A stretch of DNA of 64,000 nt from Octopus vulgaris (GCA_951406725.2 OX597824.1:11098001-11162000); one strand, 5' to 3'; positions 38,637 through 48,231 are shown, numbered from the stretch's first letter. A program made the numbers and translations. The notes: a model not told the origin generated them from the letters alone.

Positions 38637-41600
38637 CAGGTTTTTTCCAGTTTCCGTCTATGAAATCCACTCACAAGGCTTTGGTCGGCCCAAAACTATA
38701 GTAGAAGACACTTGCCCAAGTTGCCATGCAGTAGGACTGAATCTGAAACCATGTAGTTGGGAGGTAAACTTTTTGCCATGCAGCCATGCCAGCGCCTTAA
38801 TAATTTCAACTTAAACTAGTTATATTTGCTCAAAGAATTTCTTTTGCAAGAGGCAATAGCTACTTGATTAAAGAATGTGAATCATTCTCTCCAACCCTCA
38901 TCTAATATTGGAAGTTTTTTTTGGGGGGTGGTGGAACGGGGTAGTTAATGTTAAAGACAGAAACGACAGCAGTAATGCTCTCTCTCCACGCATAAATCAA
39001 TGAACGGTTGAAAGATGGTTGAAAGCTATGTTGAAGCCAATATTATTCCACATGTTTTGATCACATTGCAGTATTGTGCTGTATATCACACTGCATGTAA
39101 GGGTTTGGTGAGTGTATAAATCAGAAATGGACAGAAATCATTTAGATCAATGGTTCTCAACCATTTGTTTGCCAATGGATCTCTTTGATTCCTATTTTAC
39201 ACTACTGGACCCTCACAGCTATTCACCATACGTAAAAAGATCTTACTATGTTTTTATAATTATATATTATCAGGAATTAGGATCTTTTCGGTTTGAATGG
39301 CAATTTTTTCTAGCGGTGTCATATGAAATTGTCACCCATAATTATGACCCTAGTATCGATCTATTGCATTTCAATCTGTTTTAGGGTTAGGGTTAGTTAG
39401 GGTTAGGGTATCTTTTTTTCTTCACAAATGTAAATAAACCCAATCTGTTTCTTAAACGAGGGACATATTCATACGGCACAGAATGTTTTTTTACCTCAAT
39501 GGAGGTCATTGATTGGTTGAAATTGCAGAAAAAAAATAACAAATATCTTACAAACTATAGAATTTTCTCAAGAAAGCCAAGAGAAAAAGATATTTTATAA
39601 ACACATTCTACCAGTATACGAAGTTTAAAATTTTTTAGTTACCTAGAAATTATGTTAAAAAATGCCGTTCAAACCAAAAAGATCCAGGAATTGTATAAAA
39701 AAAATTAAAATAGTGTTTTGTAAAAGTATAACCAATCTATTGCACATAATAAAATCTTATATGGGTCCCAGTTGAAAATCAATGATTTAGATTATTTTTT
39801 ATGAGCAAGAGTCTAACTGATAAATAATGATGACTTCTAACTTGATCACAACTTCTTGAGGTAGAGGGTAATCGATCAAAGCGATACTAGTACTTATTTT
39901 ATAGACTCAAGTAAGAATTCAAGTCTCAGTCAATATTGGCGGAATTTGAAACCAACGCAAATAAATAAAATCGTAATATTGATTTCTAACAGACACAAGG
40001 TCTCGATCTGAAGGGGTAAATTCAATTATAATCAACCACAGTACTTGACCAGTATTAGGCGGAAAAAGGCGGCGAACTGGCAGAAACGTTAGCACGCCGG
40101 GCGAAATGCTTAGCGGTATTTTGTCTGCCGCTACGTTCTGAGTTCAAATTCCGCCGAGGTCGACTTTGCCTGTCATCTTTTCGAGGTCAATTAAATAAGA
40201 ACCAGTTATGTACCGGGGTCGATATAATCGACTTAATCTGTTTGTCTGTCCTTGTTTGTCCTCTCTGTGTTTAGCCCCTTGTGGGTAGTAAAGAAATAAG
40301 TATTAGTCGGAAATCAAAGTTGGCTTCGTCGGGATTTGAACTTAGAACGTAAAAAGGCAATAACTAAACACTGTAAGACAATCCATATTAGTTTCTTAAA
40401 GTTTAAGAGTGAATGAAGGGTATTGAAATAAGTTGATCGTCCTGCACGACGCCCCAAAGCCTGTGAATAGAAATACTGTGTTCCCGTAATCGGTGGTCGA
40501 AATTAGGTCGCCGGCATAGTTCGAAGGGTGCGTCTTTTTTCTGCACTGCGGCGTTCACCCAGGAACAGCCAAAAAAGCCAATATCGCAATATCGATGATG
40601 ATCGTTGTCATCAATCACCGCCGCGACGATTATTATTATTATTATAACCAGGCACCACCATCATCATCATCATCGCTTACATAACGTAATGCATGAAACA
40701 TCCCGTGTCTATAGGAATTTATTTAGGACACACACACATGCGCGAAAAGTAATTTAACAAATGTCAACGTTAATTGAAACATAAATAAAAAAAATGAGAA
40801 GGAAGTATCGGGACATAAATAGATTAGATCTGTTAAATGAATATATGCATGTGTATATATATATATATGTATGTTATGACAGCTTAAGTAAACTTGTAAA
40901 TATTGTTTGATGTTCTTTCTTATCTTGTTAGACACAGGTGAAAAAGAACCGATTGAAGTCGTTACAGATTGTTTCCAATTATTTTAAGGAGCGTCATAGT
41001 TTGAAAAGTAGATTACCGAATTTTTGGTCAGAGCTGATAACAAGATTTATGGCGAGATTAGGTTAGATATGGGGATCTGTATGTTATAAGATGAAGTTTA
41101 TAAAGAGGCATGGGAAGATTCATAGGGATCTAAAGGAATTTACAAGCCTGAAAGATGTTGAGGAATTTCAAGATTCGCAGAGAGATTTCATAAAAGGCCA
41201 AGTAATCAGGAATTGACATTTACAAAAGGAATTTAGAAACGAGGAACATGGTAGAATTTATCAACGGAATAAGATCTGCAGCATTTTGTAACATATTCAA
41301 ATATATAGATTTATGGGGTTTCTGATTTCTTTTTTTTTATACTAGGCACACAATCAAATTGATCGAGAGAAAAGCCTGCAATATTAGAGGTGCTTAATTT
41401 CATCGATCCAGCGGTATGTTATTGGTACTTTAATCGATTAGAATAGTATGACTTGTGGTTATTCCATCGACAGCAAGATATTATTGGTAAATTGTTTCAT
41501 CGGTACCAAATTGATGATGGCGGAATTCGAACACAAGAGATGGTTGTATTAAACTAAATAAAACACAGACAACAACAGAGGCGTTCTCAACCGTCATCGC

Positions 41601-42422
41601 CATTTCCAAAATCTCAAATGAATGAATTGACCAATTCCTTATACAGAAAACAGAACTGTTCTAATCTTATCTGCTTTTAATCCATTTTTTTTTTTGCGTA
41701 TGTCTCGGGTCTTTATAGTTTGTCCGGACAGTTAAGTTTTTAAAGGAAAAAAATAAGACACAGTCGTGATTTCAATAAATTTTAAACAGAAAAGTTGTTT
41801 CCCATGCTTTAACCAGTTCTTATAAATACAGAATGGTATTTCGGGGGGAAAATATCAAGTTATCAGTTAAGTGTGTTGAGAAATAAAATTACAAATTCTT
41901 ATATAAATAGATTATGATATCGTGAAGTAATGTTGCACAGTTTTAGGTAAATCGCATTTTATGTTTGGATAAGACTTGGCAGTGTCGACTTCCAAGAAGT
42001 TCCGGAATTTACAGGGAATCAATAAAAATGGGATCAGTGACAGGTTGAAGGAATGCGGTGAGGTGGGGGCGATGTTTGGACTAAAATAAACCTAATCAAG
42101 ACTAAAATAAACCTAATCTCGACTCATTGATAAAACCTGTCGAGATAGGACAGATAGGATAGATAGATGGATAGATAGAAGGATAGATATAACGAAGTGA
42201 AGGAAAGAGCTTTTATCGATCCTGGTTCGCACCTACCTTACAATATTCACAGTAGCCGCAAACTGAACCCCGAGCATATTCAATTTTTTCATCGTCTACT
42301 TGGACTTTTTCCGCTGTATCTTTTGCCTCCGAACTCTGTTCTTTCACATCGGCTTCGGCCTTAATTAGATTTAATAAACAAACCAAGAAGAGGAAACCTG
42401 CGACAAGATTGCGGGACAACAT
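18861..42422 (-). CDS. Spliced 5-exon gene: 145-aa ER-luminal cysteine-rich protein, HRC (sarcoplasmic reticulum histidine-rich calcium-binding protein) C-terminal-domain-like
   Basis: Exons of 186+72+55+37+88 = 438 nt join in frame with GT-AG introns: MLSRNLVAGFLFLVCLLNLIKAEADVKEQSSEAKDTAEKVQVDDEKIEYARGSVCGYCEYCKFCSLCDKDCPCLVSPQKPNCEMCKYCKYCYLCSAVCDTFCKPGGYVDKVSAAIISALPFHDTEEINKDIHSMKKWIDKTKEEL*. Hydrophobic N-terminus, 14 Cys, KEEL end. CGYC...CYLC...C.PG.YVD resembles HRC as I recall it. Confidence 0.93.
19294..19676 (+). mobile_element. Non-autonomous Helitron
   Basis: A|TC start, CTAG|T end, subterminal hairpin gcccaagcaacactgggc, no TSD. Confidence 0.8.
19909..20284. mobile_element. 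Truncated copy of a TIR element carrying (TTAGGG)n
   Basis: Reverse-complement match to 39280-39685; ccctaaccctaaccctaa at about 20201-20218. Confidence 0.82.
21823..22186 (+). mobile_element. Non-autonomous Helitron with extended terminal palindrome
   Basis: A|TCtctctatatataaa start, CTAG|T end, perfect 19-bp-arm hairpin 22147-22187. Confidence 0.8.
22372..22408 (-). CDS. HRC-like gene exon 4 (G-GYVDKVSAAII-S)
   Basis: Acceptor ttttttctcag, donor gtaaat, 37 nt, phase 1/2, compatible with both neighbours. Confidence 0.92.
22735..22945 (-). mobile_element. LINE 3' fragment (Jockey/CR1-group ORF2 end)
   Basis: Reads ...SFFPYTSELWNSLPQSCFPLQYDLQFF, a typical non-LTR ORF2 C-terminal motif (SFF..T..LWNSLP). 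Confidence 0.75.
23293..23688 (-). mobile_element. SINE family A, near full length, in intron 3
   Basis: Same head, body and tail as 176-660. Confidence 0.9.
25733..25787 (-). CDS. HRC-like gene exon 3 (YCKYCYLCSAVCDTFCKP-G)
   Basis: Acceptor ttttcactttcag, donor gtaaga, 55 nt, phase 0/1. Confidence 0.95.
26692..26763 (-). CDS. HRC-like gene exon 2 (FCSLCDKDCPCLVSPQKPNCEMCK)
   Basis: Acceptor ttctatttctgtttcag, donor gtaagt, 72 nt, phase 0/0; continues the CxxC periodicity. Confidence 0.95.
27120..27545 (-). mobile_element. CR1/L2-type LINE 3' fragment
   Basis: ORF 27269..27526: TRGHIYKV...FFTLRVAEAWNKLP; related to 44993-45442. Confidence 0.9.
29525..29925 (-). mobile_element. SINE family B dimer nested in a family A head
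   Basis: TSD caagcaa(g/a)cttctta; junction about 29709. Confidence 0.88.
30358..30770 (+). mobile_element. SINE family A
   Basis: Same sequence in plus orientation with internal (TA)n. Confidence 0.88.
31340..31568. mobile_element. piggyBac-type MITE (TTAA-CCCTTT...AAAGGG-TTAA)
   Basis: TTAA at both ends; related copies 57472-57701, 33893-34298 (SINE piece inside), partial 27545-27761. Confidence 0.82.
37842..38023. repeat. Fold-back with about 75-bp arms next to (TA)n, in intron 1
   Basis: aaatgtatagtattaaatatcc...tggctggtcttaccaat versus attggtaggaccagcca...ggatatttaatactatacattt. Confidence 0.88.
38268..38520 (+). mobile_element. RTE-type LINE 3' fragment with C-terminal C2H2 finger
   Basis: ICYLCFKPSQSAAGLKSHLRTH in ORF 38268..38570, followed by a short-repeat tail; no splice context. 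Confidence 0.65.
39148..39784. mobile_element. hAT (Charlie-like) MITE with nested insertion
   Basis: Termini caatggttctcaacc / gttgaaaatcaatg, 8-bp TSD atttagat; uninterrupted relative at 53587-53819 (TSD atgtagat/atgaagat). Confidence 0.82.
39280..39685. mobile_element. TIR element (GGATCTTTT...AAAAGATCC) with internal telomeric repeats
   Basis: About 22-bp TIRs, flanking duplication aggaatt(a/g), ttagggttagggttagttagggttaggg at about 39381-39408. Confidence 0.85.
42237..42422 (-). CDS. HRC-like gene coding exon 1 (aa 1-62: signal peptide, acidic linker, CGYCEYCK)
   Basis: ATG at 42422-42420; ends AAG|GTAGGT, phase 0; lies within ORF 42213..42452. Confidence 0.93.
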
Positions 42423-42549
42423 GCTTCCACGATGTTCCTCGGCAACTAACAACTGTCTAGTAGTACGGGGTTACCTCCCTTATCTTCTTTTTTTTTTTCA
42501 GCGCTTCACTGCGATGCTTGTGTTCAAGTGTTTAACCAGTGCCAGTTAA

Positions 42550-42568
42550 CGTGGGTTGATTCTATTGG
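42550..42568 (-). promoter_or_regulatory. ER stress response element (ERSE, CCAAT-N9-CCACG)
   Basis: Minus strand reads CCAAT agaatcaac CCACG with an exact 9-nt spacer, about 130 nt upstream of the ATG of the KEEL protein. Confidence 0.8.
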
Positions 42569-42592
42569 CTGCTATCTGGCACCTCGCCGAGC

Positions 42593-42599
42593 TGACTCA
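42593..42599. promoter_or_regulatory. AP-1-type site TGACTCA
   Basis: Exact 7-mer about 25 nt beyond the ERSE; a 7-mer alone is weak evidence. Confidence 0.3.
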
Positions 42600-44490
42600 A
42601 GCGATTTTATGTTAATCATAGTAGATTTGAAAATAACTATTTAGCTAGTAGTCTTTCTTAGCCTTTTTTTGTTTTTCTAGTCCCAACTACATATAAGAAA
42701 AATGCAGTCTGGTATGCAACGCAATTTATTGTATAAAATTAGCAGTAACCTCCTCCAAAAATAAATTTAGCAAAAATAATGTGATAAAAATAATTTCCAC
42801 ATGGGATTCCCCTAAATTTCCCTGCTTGTTATGAATGGCAGACTTGGATGAAAGCCGGAAATTAATTAGCTGGATATCTGAATGAGGCCAGTTAAAAGAT
42901 ATTGGTAATGATGGTAGGCTTCTTACCTGAGTAATTAGTATTCTATAGTGCATTAGTTTATTACAGTCATGGCCATGGTAGAATACTGCCTTCAGTGGCT
43001 GTTGTTGTTGTTGTTTAATCCCAGGTCAATCTGAGTGAGCAAACCTATGATCAATGGCTCTCTAGCCATGACCATCATGCTATATTTTCAGATATGGTTT
43101 GGAGGGATTTTGGTTAGCTGGGGTGGGTGGGGGTTGAGTGATTGGTTGGGATGAATTTTGCTGCGTGCTGTTTCCTAAATACATCCAAGTCCATTTTAAT
43201 TTTTTGATAAGTCTGTTCATTTGTACATAAACTTTTCTATATTTACAATATTTACAAAGGCGGCGAGCTGGCAGACACGTTAGCACGCTGGGCAAAATGC
43301 TTAGCGGTATTTCGTCTGTCATTACGTTCTGAGTTCAAATTCCGCCGAGGTCAACTTTGCCTTTCATCCTTTTAGGGTCGATAAATAAAGTACCAGTTTC
43401 GCACTGGGGTCGATGTAATCGACTTAATCCCTTTGTCTGTCCTTGTTTGTCCCCTCTATGTTTAGCCCCTTGTGGGGCAATAAAGAAATATATATTTACA
43501 ATGCTTACTTGCTTGAGGTTGTATCATTGTTTACCAGTACGGAATCAGGAATATATGATGTGTTTTGGCTAAATTGCAATGGTCACAAGATGCAAAGAAA
43601 ATTCTAGGAAAATAGAAATAAGAAATTAGTGGAAATTTTACCAGTGAGTGTATTAAATTATAAAGCACAAAAAGAAAATGACTCTCCCCAGACACAACAA
43701 AATATGCTTCAACACACGAACTCACATAAAGAATCTTGCAAACAAAATCCAAAAAACGAAATTAAATAGGTACTTATTCATGATGTGAGAGGTGGGAAAA
43801 TTATACGTTCATGGCAGACAAATGATTCTATTTAACCCAGGAACAAGCAGAAACCAAAAGAACCTGTCTTCTCACTAATTGCTAATTCCTCTCTCTCTTT
43901 TGATTGTGGTGCACATCTTGATTTATAAGCAAGTGTTTGTAGAAAGTCATGGAAAATTCCATTTGAAATCATACAGTTGAATGATTACAGCTGAAATATT
44001 ATATTTCTTTACTACCCACAAAGGGCTAAACACAGAGGGGACAAATAAGGACAGATAAGGGATTAGTCGATTACATCGACCCCAGTGCGTAACTGGTACT
44101 TATTTAATCGACCCCGAAAGGATGCAAGGCAAAGTCGACCTCGGCGGAATTTGAACTCAGAACGTAACGGCAGACGAAATACGGTTACGCATTTCGCCCA
44201 ACGTGCTAACGTTTCTGCCAGCTCGCCGCCCTACAGCTGAAATATTATGTGCTGACCAATACGCTGAGCATTGGTTGATGTGCTGTGGCCTATCTCTCGT
44301 TACTGAGCTAATACAGTTTCAATTCTACACTTCACTACAATAATATATCTAAGTCTACATTATCCAATATTCCTTGTTCAAGATCGTAGGTGTAATCTAC
44401 TGCTATTTCTTGCAGGCTGTGTGACCACTTGGGTGCTTCCTTTATTGATGAACAAGAATAAATTTGAATAGATAAGAGATGAAGAATTAT

Positions 44491-44805
44491 GTACATTATT
44501 TACATTAGACAGATATTTGTCCTCATCTTAATCACTATGCCATATACCCACGGGCATATGGCGTAGTGGTTAAAAGCATGGGCTATTAACCCCAAGATTC
44601 CGAGTTCAATTCCAAGCAGTGACCTGACCAATAATAATAATAATAATAATAACATTGAAAAATACCTTAGGAATGAGAACCCAAGATCGAAATTTCCCGA
44701 AGACACCTGATGCAGGCTGGAGAGTATATCAGCTGAAACATTGTGTTAACAACAAACATGATGAGGACAAATATCCATCAAATGTAAATAATGTAAATAA
44801 TGAAG
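44491..44805 (+). mobile_element. tRNA-headed element with Penelope-like 3' body, joined head-to-head to an internally deleted inverted copy
   Basis: A box tggcgtagtgg and B-box-like gagttcaattcc from 44552; 44529-44549 is the reverse complement of 44552-44572; 44491-44529 is the reverse complement of the tail at about 44759-44795. Confidence 0.75.
44702..44747 (+). ncRNA. Degenerate minimal type I hammerhead ribozyme motif
   Basis: GACAC-CTGATG(C)-A-GGCTG...CAGCT-GAAA-CAT-T-GTGTT: stems I and II pair; core A9 is C and stem III is ACAT, so this copy is probably inactive. Confidence 0.55.
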
Positions 44806-44992
44806 AATAAATTTATTTTTGTTATTTAGCGGTTCATAATTGTTAGAAATTTCATACCTAGAATTATCAGAGAGAGAGAGAGAGGTGAGTGAATACAGAG
44901 ATTACAGTCTAGGTTTAACAAGAATTTTGCCAAAGTGCTTCATATATTTCGAGTTGTGAATGTAATTTCTAATTACTTTGGCATCAATGTTG

Positions 44993-45442
44993 ACCTCCTG
45001 GAATCTGTCCAGAGACGTGCAACCAAATGCATACCCTCCATCAGACACCTACCATATTCTGAGCGCCTTGTTTCCCTGGGCATGGATTCACTGAAGCTCC
45101 GGCGTTTGGCGACGGACTTGGTAAACACCCACAAAGTTATCAACCACCTCACCAACAACACTGAACACCTTTTTGATCTCCATGTGTCTAACACACGTGG
45201 ACATGCCTACAAAGTCAGAAAACAATACAGCTCCCATGACTTTCGGAAACATTTTTTCACGCTCAGAATTGCTGAAGCATGGAATAAACTGCCTGCGTCA
45301 GTTGTTGACTGCCATGACACTGCATCTTTTAAGGCCCTCATGCTTTCCGAAATCCGCCGAAACTACACCTGATTATATATACACTTTAGATGAGTTGTAG
45401 TGCACCTGAGCACTGTACACAATTATTATTATTATTATTATT
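44993..45442 (+). mobile_element. 5'-truncated CR1/L2-type LINE with (ATT)n tail and 51-bp flanking direct repeat
   Basis: Open frame LLESVQRRATK...YSERL..LGMDSLKLRR...TRGH...FFTLRIAEAWNKLP...*; repeat at 44942-44992 and 45443-45493. Confidence 0.93.
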
Positions 45443-45654
45443 ATATATTTCGAGTTGTGAATGTAATTTCTAATTACTTTGGCATCAATGTTGTCTTTGT
45501 TGTGTAACATAGCTGTCCAGCTAAGAAGTTTGCCCCCCAACCACATGATTTTGAGTTTATCTTAACTGAGTGGTACTTTGGGGTAGTGTTTCTAACTATA
45601 GCCCAAAGCCAACCAGAGCCCTGTAAGTAGATTTCGTAGACAGAAAGTTGCCCC

Positions 45655-46350
45655 TCTCGTCATAAAAGGAAGAAAGAAGAGAAAAAAGAAAAACGAGGCA
45701 TTGCCGGCGACGGCATGTCCTGAAACCCCTTCGGTGGGATGTGTGCCACCTGAGGCGGGGAAGAAGATAACCTCGTCAGTGGGATGTGTGCCACTGAGCG
45801 AGGGAGTTGAGGCCCCTCCCAGTGAAAGTGGTGAAGAATATATGTTCTCCTATCTCAGGGGAGAGGCTATTAACAGTTTTGTGGAGTATAATATGGATAG
45901 TCAGGTCCTAGGGGATCCGACTTACATTGACAGCCCAGAGTGGCCTCTGCAGGTGGCTGCTCAGGTGCTGGAAAGAAAGTATTGTGATCTCATAATTGAC
46001 TTGTGTAAAAACGAAAATTATAGAATGTTATTTTGGGAGCCCCAGATTACAGTTGCAGGAATGCCTGCACGTTGCAAGAAAATTACTCAGGGAAGGATTA
46101 TAGAGGTTTATCGCCTCCAATTTATGTATAAATTGTGTTTTATAATCGTATGGACATTCTAGTCCAAATATATTGTATTTTAAATTGTAAGATGCTTAAT
46201 ACCTCTGTGTATGATGTTTGTAAAGAACAATGTTTTAGAGAAGCAGAGGGTCGGCGGGCGCTTTCTGTCTTCTCCCATCTTTATCATTTTTGTATCATAA
46301 TTATTCGCCTCATCAATGTCCTATGTCCAGCCCGCAAAGCTACCTTATCT
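45655..46350 (+). mobile_element. Probable LINE-derived insert (ORF1-like remnant) inside a family A SINE
   Basis: Interrupts a family A SINE at its gcccc/gcccatc position; GC-richer frame 45701..46162 with duplicated SVGCVP; no ATG start or splice context. Family assignment is a guess. Confidence 0.4.
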
Positions 46351-48231
46351 ATGTGCTGCGTATATGGCAAATTTAATGAATAAAAGTAGCCCATCATATA
46401 TATATATGTGTGTCCATGTATGGTAGCTGTATATAAGTGCCACTGGCATACAGGTAGTATTATTCATTTCCAATATTTTACAAAAACATATCTGGCCTTG
46501 GGGAAATATCACCTTGCTTGGAAACAGATGAGGGTTGCCAACAGGAAGGGCATCTAGCCATAGAAAATCTGCTTCAATAAACTCTATCCAACCCAAGCAA
46601 GCATGAAAAAGTGGGCATAAAAGTGATGATGATGTTTAACCCCTTATAACTTTTGGTCAGGGACACTTCAATCATGAGCCTTTTTCTTTCTTTTGTTTTT
46701 CACTTTACAGTTAGGGTTAGGGTTAGTATCTTGGGCTTCACATGGTTAGGGTTGACTATGTATCTTCAGTAAGATATTGCTCAAAAGGGAACTGACTTGA
46801 AACCAGTTTGCAGTTGAAATGTGATGGGAGTTTACAAATTGCTCCATTGTAACCACCACCACCAACAACAACAACAACAACAACAACAGCAGCAACAACA
46901 GTGGAGGCACAATTCCACCAGGCTTCGGCAGGGGGTGGTGGCAATCCCTCCCGAGAACTACGTTAAGGGTACACGTGTCTGTGGAGTACTCAACCACTTA
47001 CACGTTAATTTCACGAGCAGGCTGTTCCGTTGATTCGGATCAACCGGAACCCTCGTCGTCGTAACCGACGGAGTGCTTCCACATATGTAATTATTATATC
47101 AAATCATCTAAGTTTTCAGTACCAGTTATATACTGGGTTGATTCCAATCCAAGTACCTACAAAGTTTTACACTGTTGTTACTGACAGTTTCCTTGTAAGA
47201 AAACTCTGAATAATGCCATGGGAAGATTTTGGCATTCATTTTACATTGAATACTTTTAAATGTATTTGTTTTTTTTTTCCTTTTATTACAAAATTCACAG
47301 CTTCATATTTTTTAAGGGAGAGAAAAATGTAACCTTGTAACAGTAAGATATTGCTCAAAAGGGAACTGACTTGAAACCAGTTTGCAGTTGAAATGTGATG
47401 GGAGTTTACAAATTGCTCCATTGTAACCACCACCACCAACAACAACAACAACAACAACAGCAGCAGCAAGAGTGGAGGCACAATGGCCCAGTGGTTAGGG
47501 CAGCAGACTCGCGGTTGGAGGATTGCGGTTTCGATTCCCAGACCGGGCGTTGTGTGTGTTTATTGAGCAAAAACACCTAAAGCTCCACCAGGCTTCGGCA
47601 GGGGGTGGTGGCAATCCCTGCTGTACTCTTTCGCTACAACTTTCTCTCGCTCTTTCTTCCTGTTTCTTGTCCCCGATTTCCTACGCAACCGCTGAGCCTG
47701 GATGCGCATTCATCCATCCATCGATGCTCTCGGTGTCGGGGGTTGACCTGCTTTCTCTTCTGCGGGTCTTACAAATAGCAAAGGACCACGTTTCTGACTT
47801 CTCCCATCTTGCGAGCTCTAGGACGAAGACCGTTCGCTCAACAGCAACAGCAGCAGCAACAATAAACTGATGAGAAAGCATCTATATGCTTTGCTTTGCC
47901 ATAAATAGCACCAAATCTCCCTTAAAACTATACCTTACTACCTTAAAAAAAAAAGAACACGTATGATAATGAAGTCCTAGATACATCATCTACGTAAATG
48001 GGATGGTCACAGGTGGAGTGCTAGTGTTCACATCATTCACTTTAGAATGAAAGACATAAGAGAATCGCTTCTAAATATACTTATGTAGTAATAAATAAAA
48101 TAAAGCAACAGGAATTTTATTGTTAACTGTAAACATTAACTGGAATTAGTAACTTTCTGAATTCACATAATGGGCAATAAATAAAAAAATATTTCAGTAC
48201 ACACAGTTACTTGTAAGGTGTTGTGGCTATG

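Noticed and set aside
42423-42452. N-terminal extension from the TTG start in the ORF track
   Set aside because: ATG at 42422 directly precedes the signal peptide; TTG start is a prokaryotic-code artefact.
44552-44625. Functional tRNA gene (also SINE heads at 1054, 8991, 47472)
   Set aside because: A/B boxes present but no proper acceptor stem, and each continues into a repeat body.
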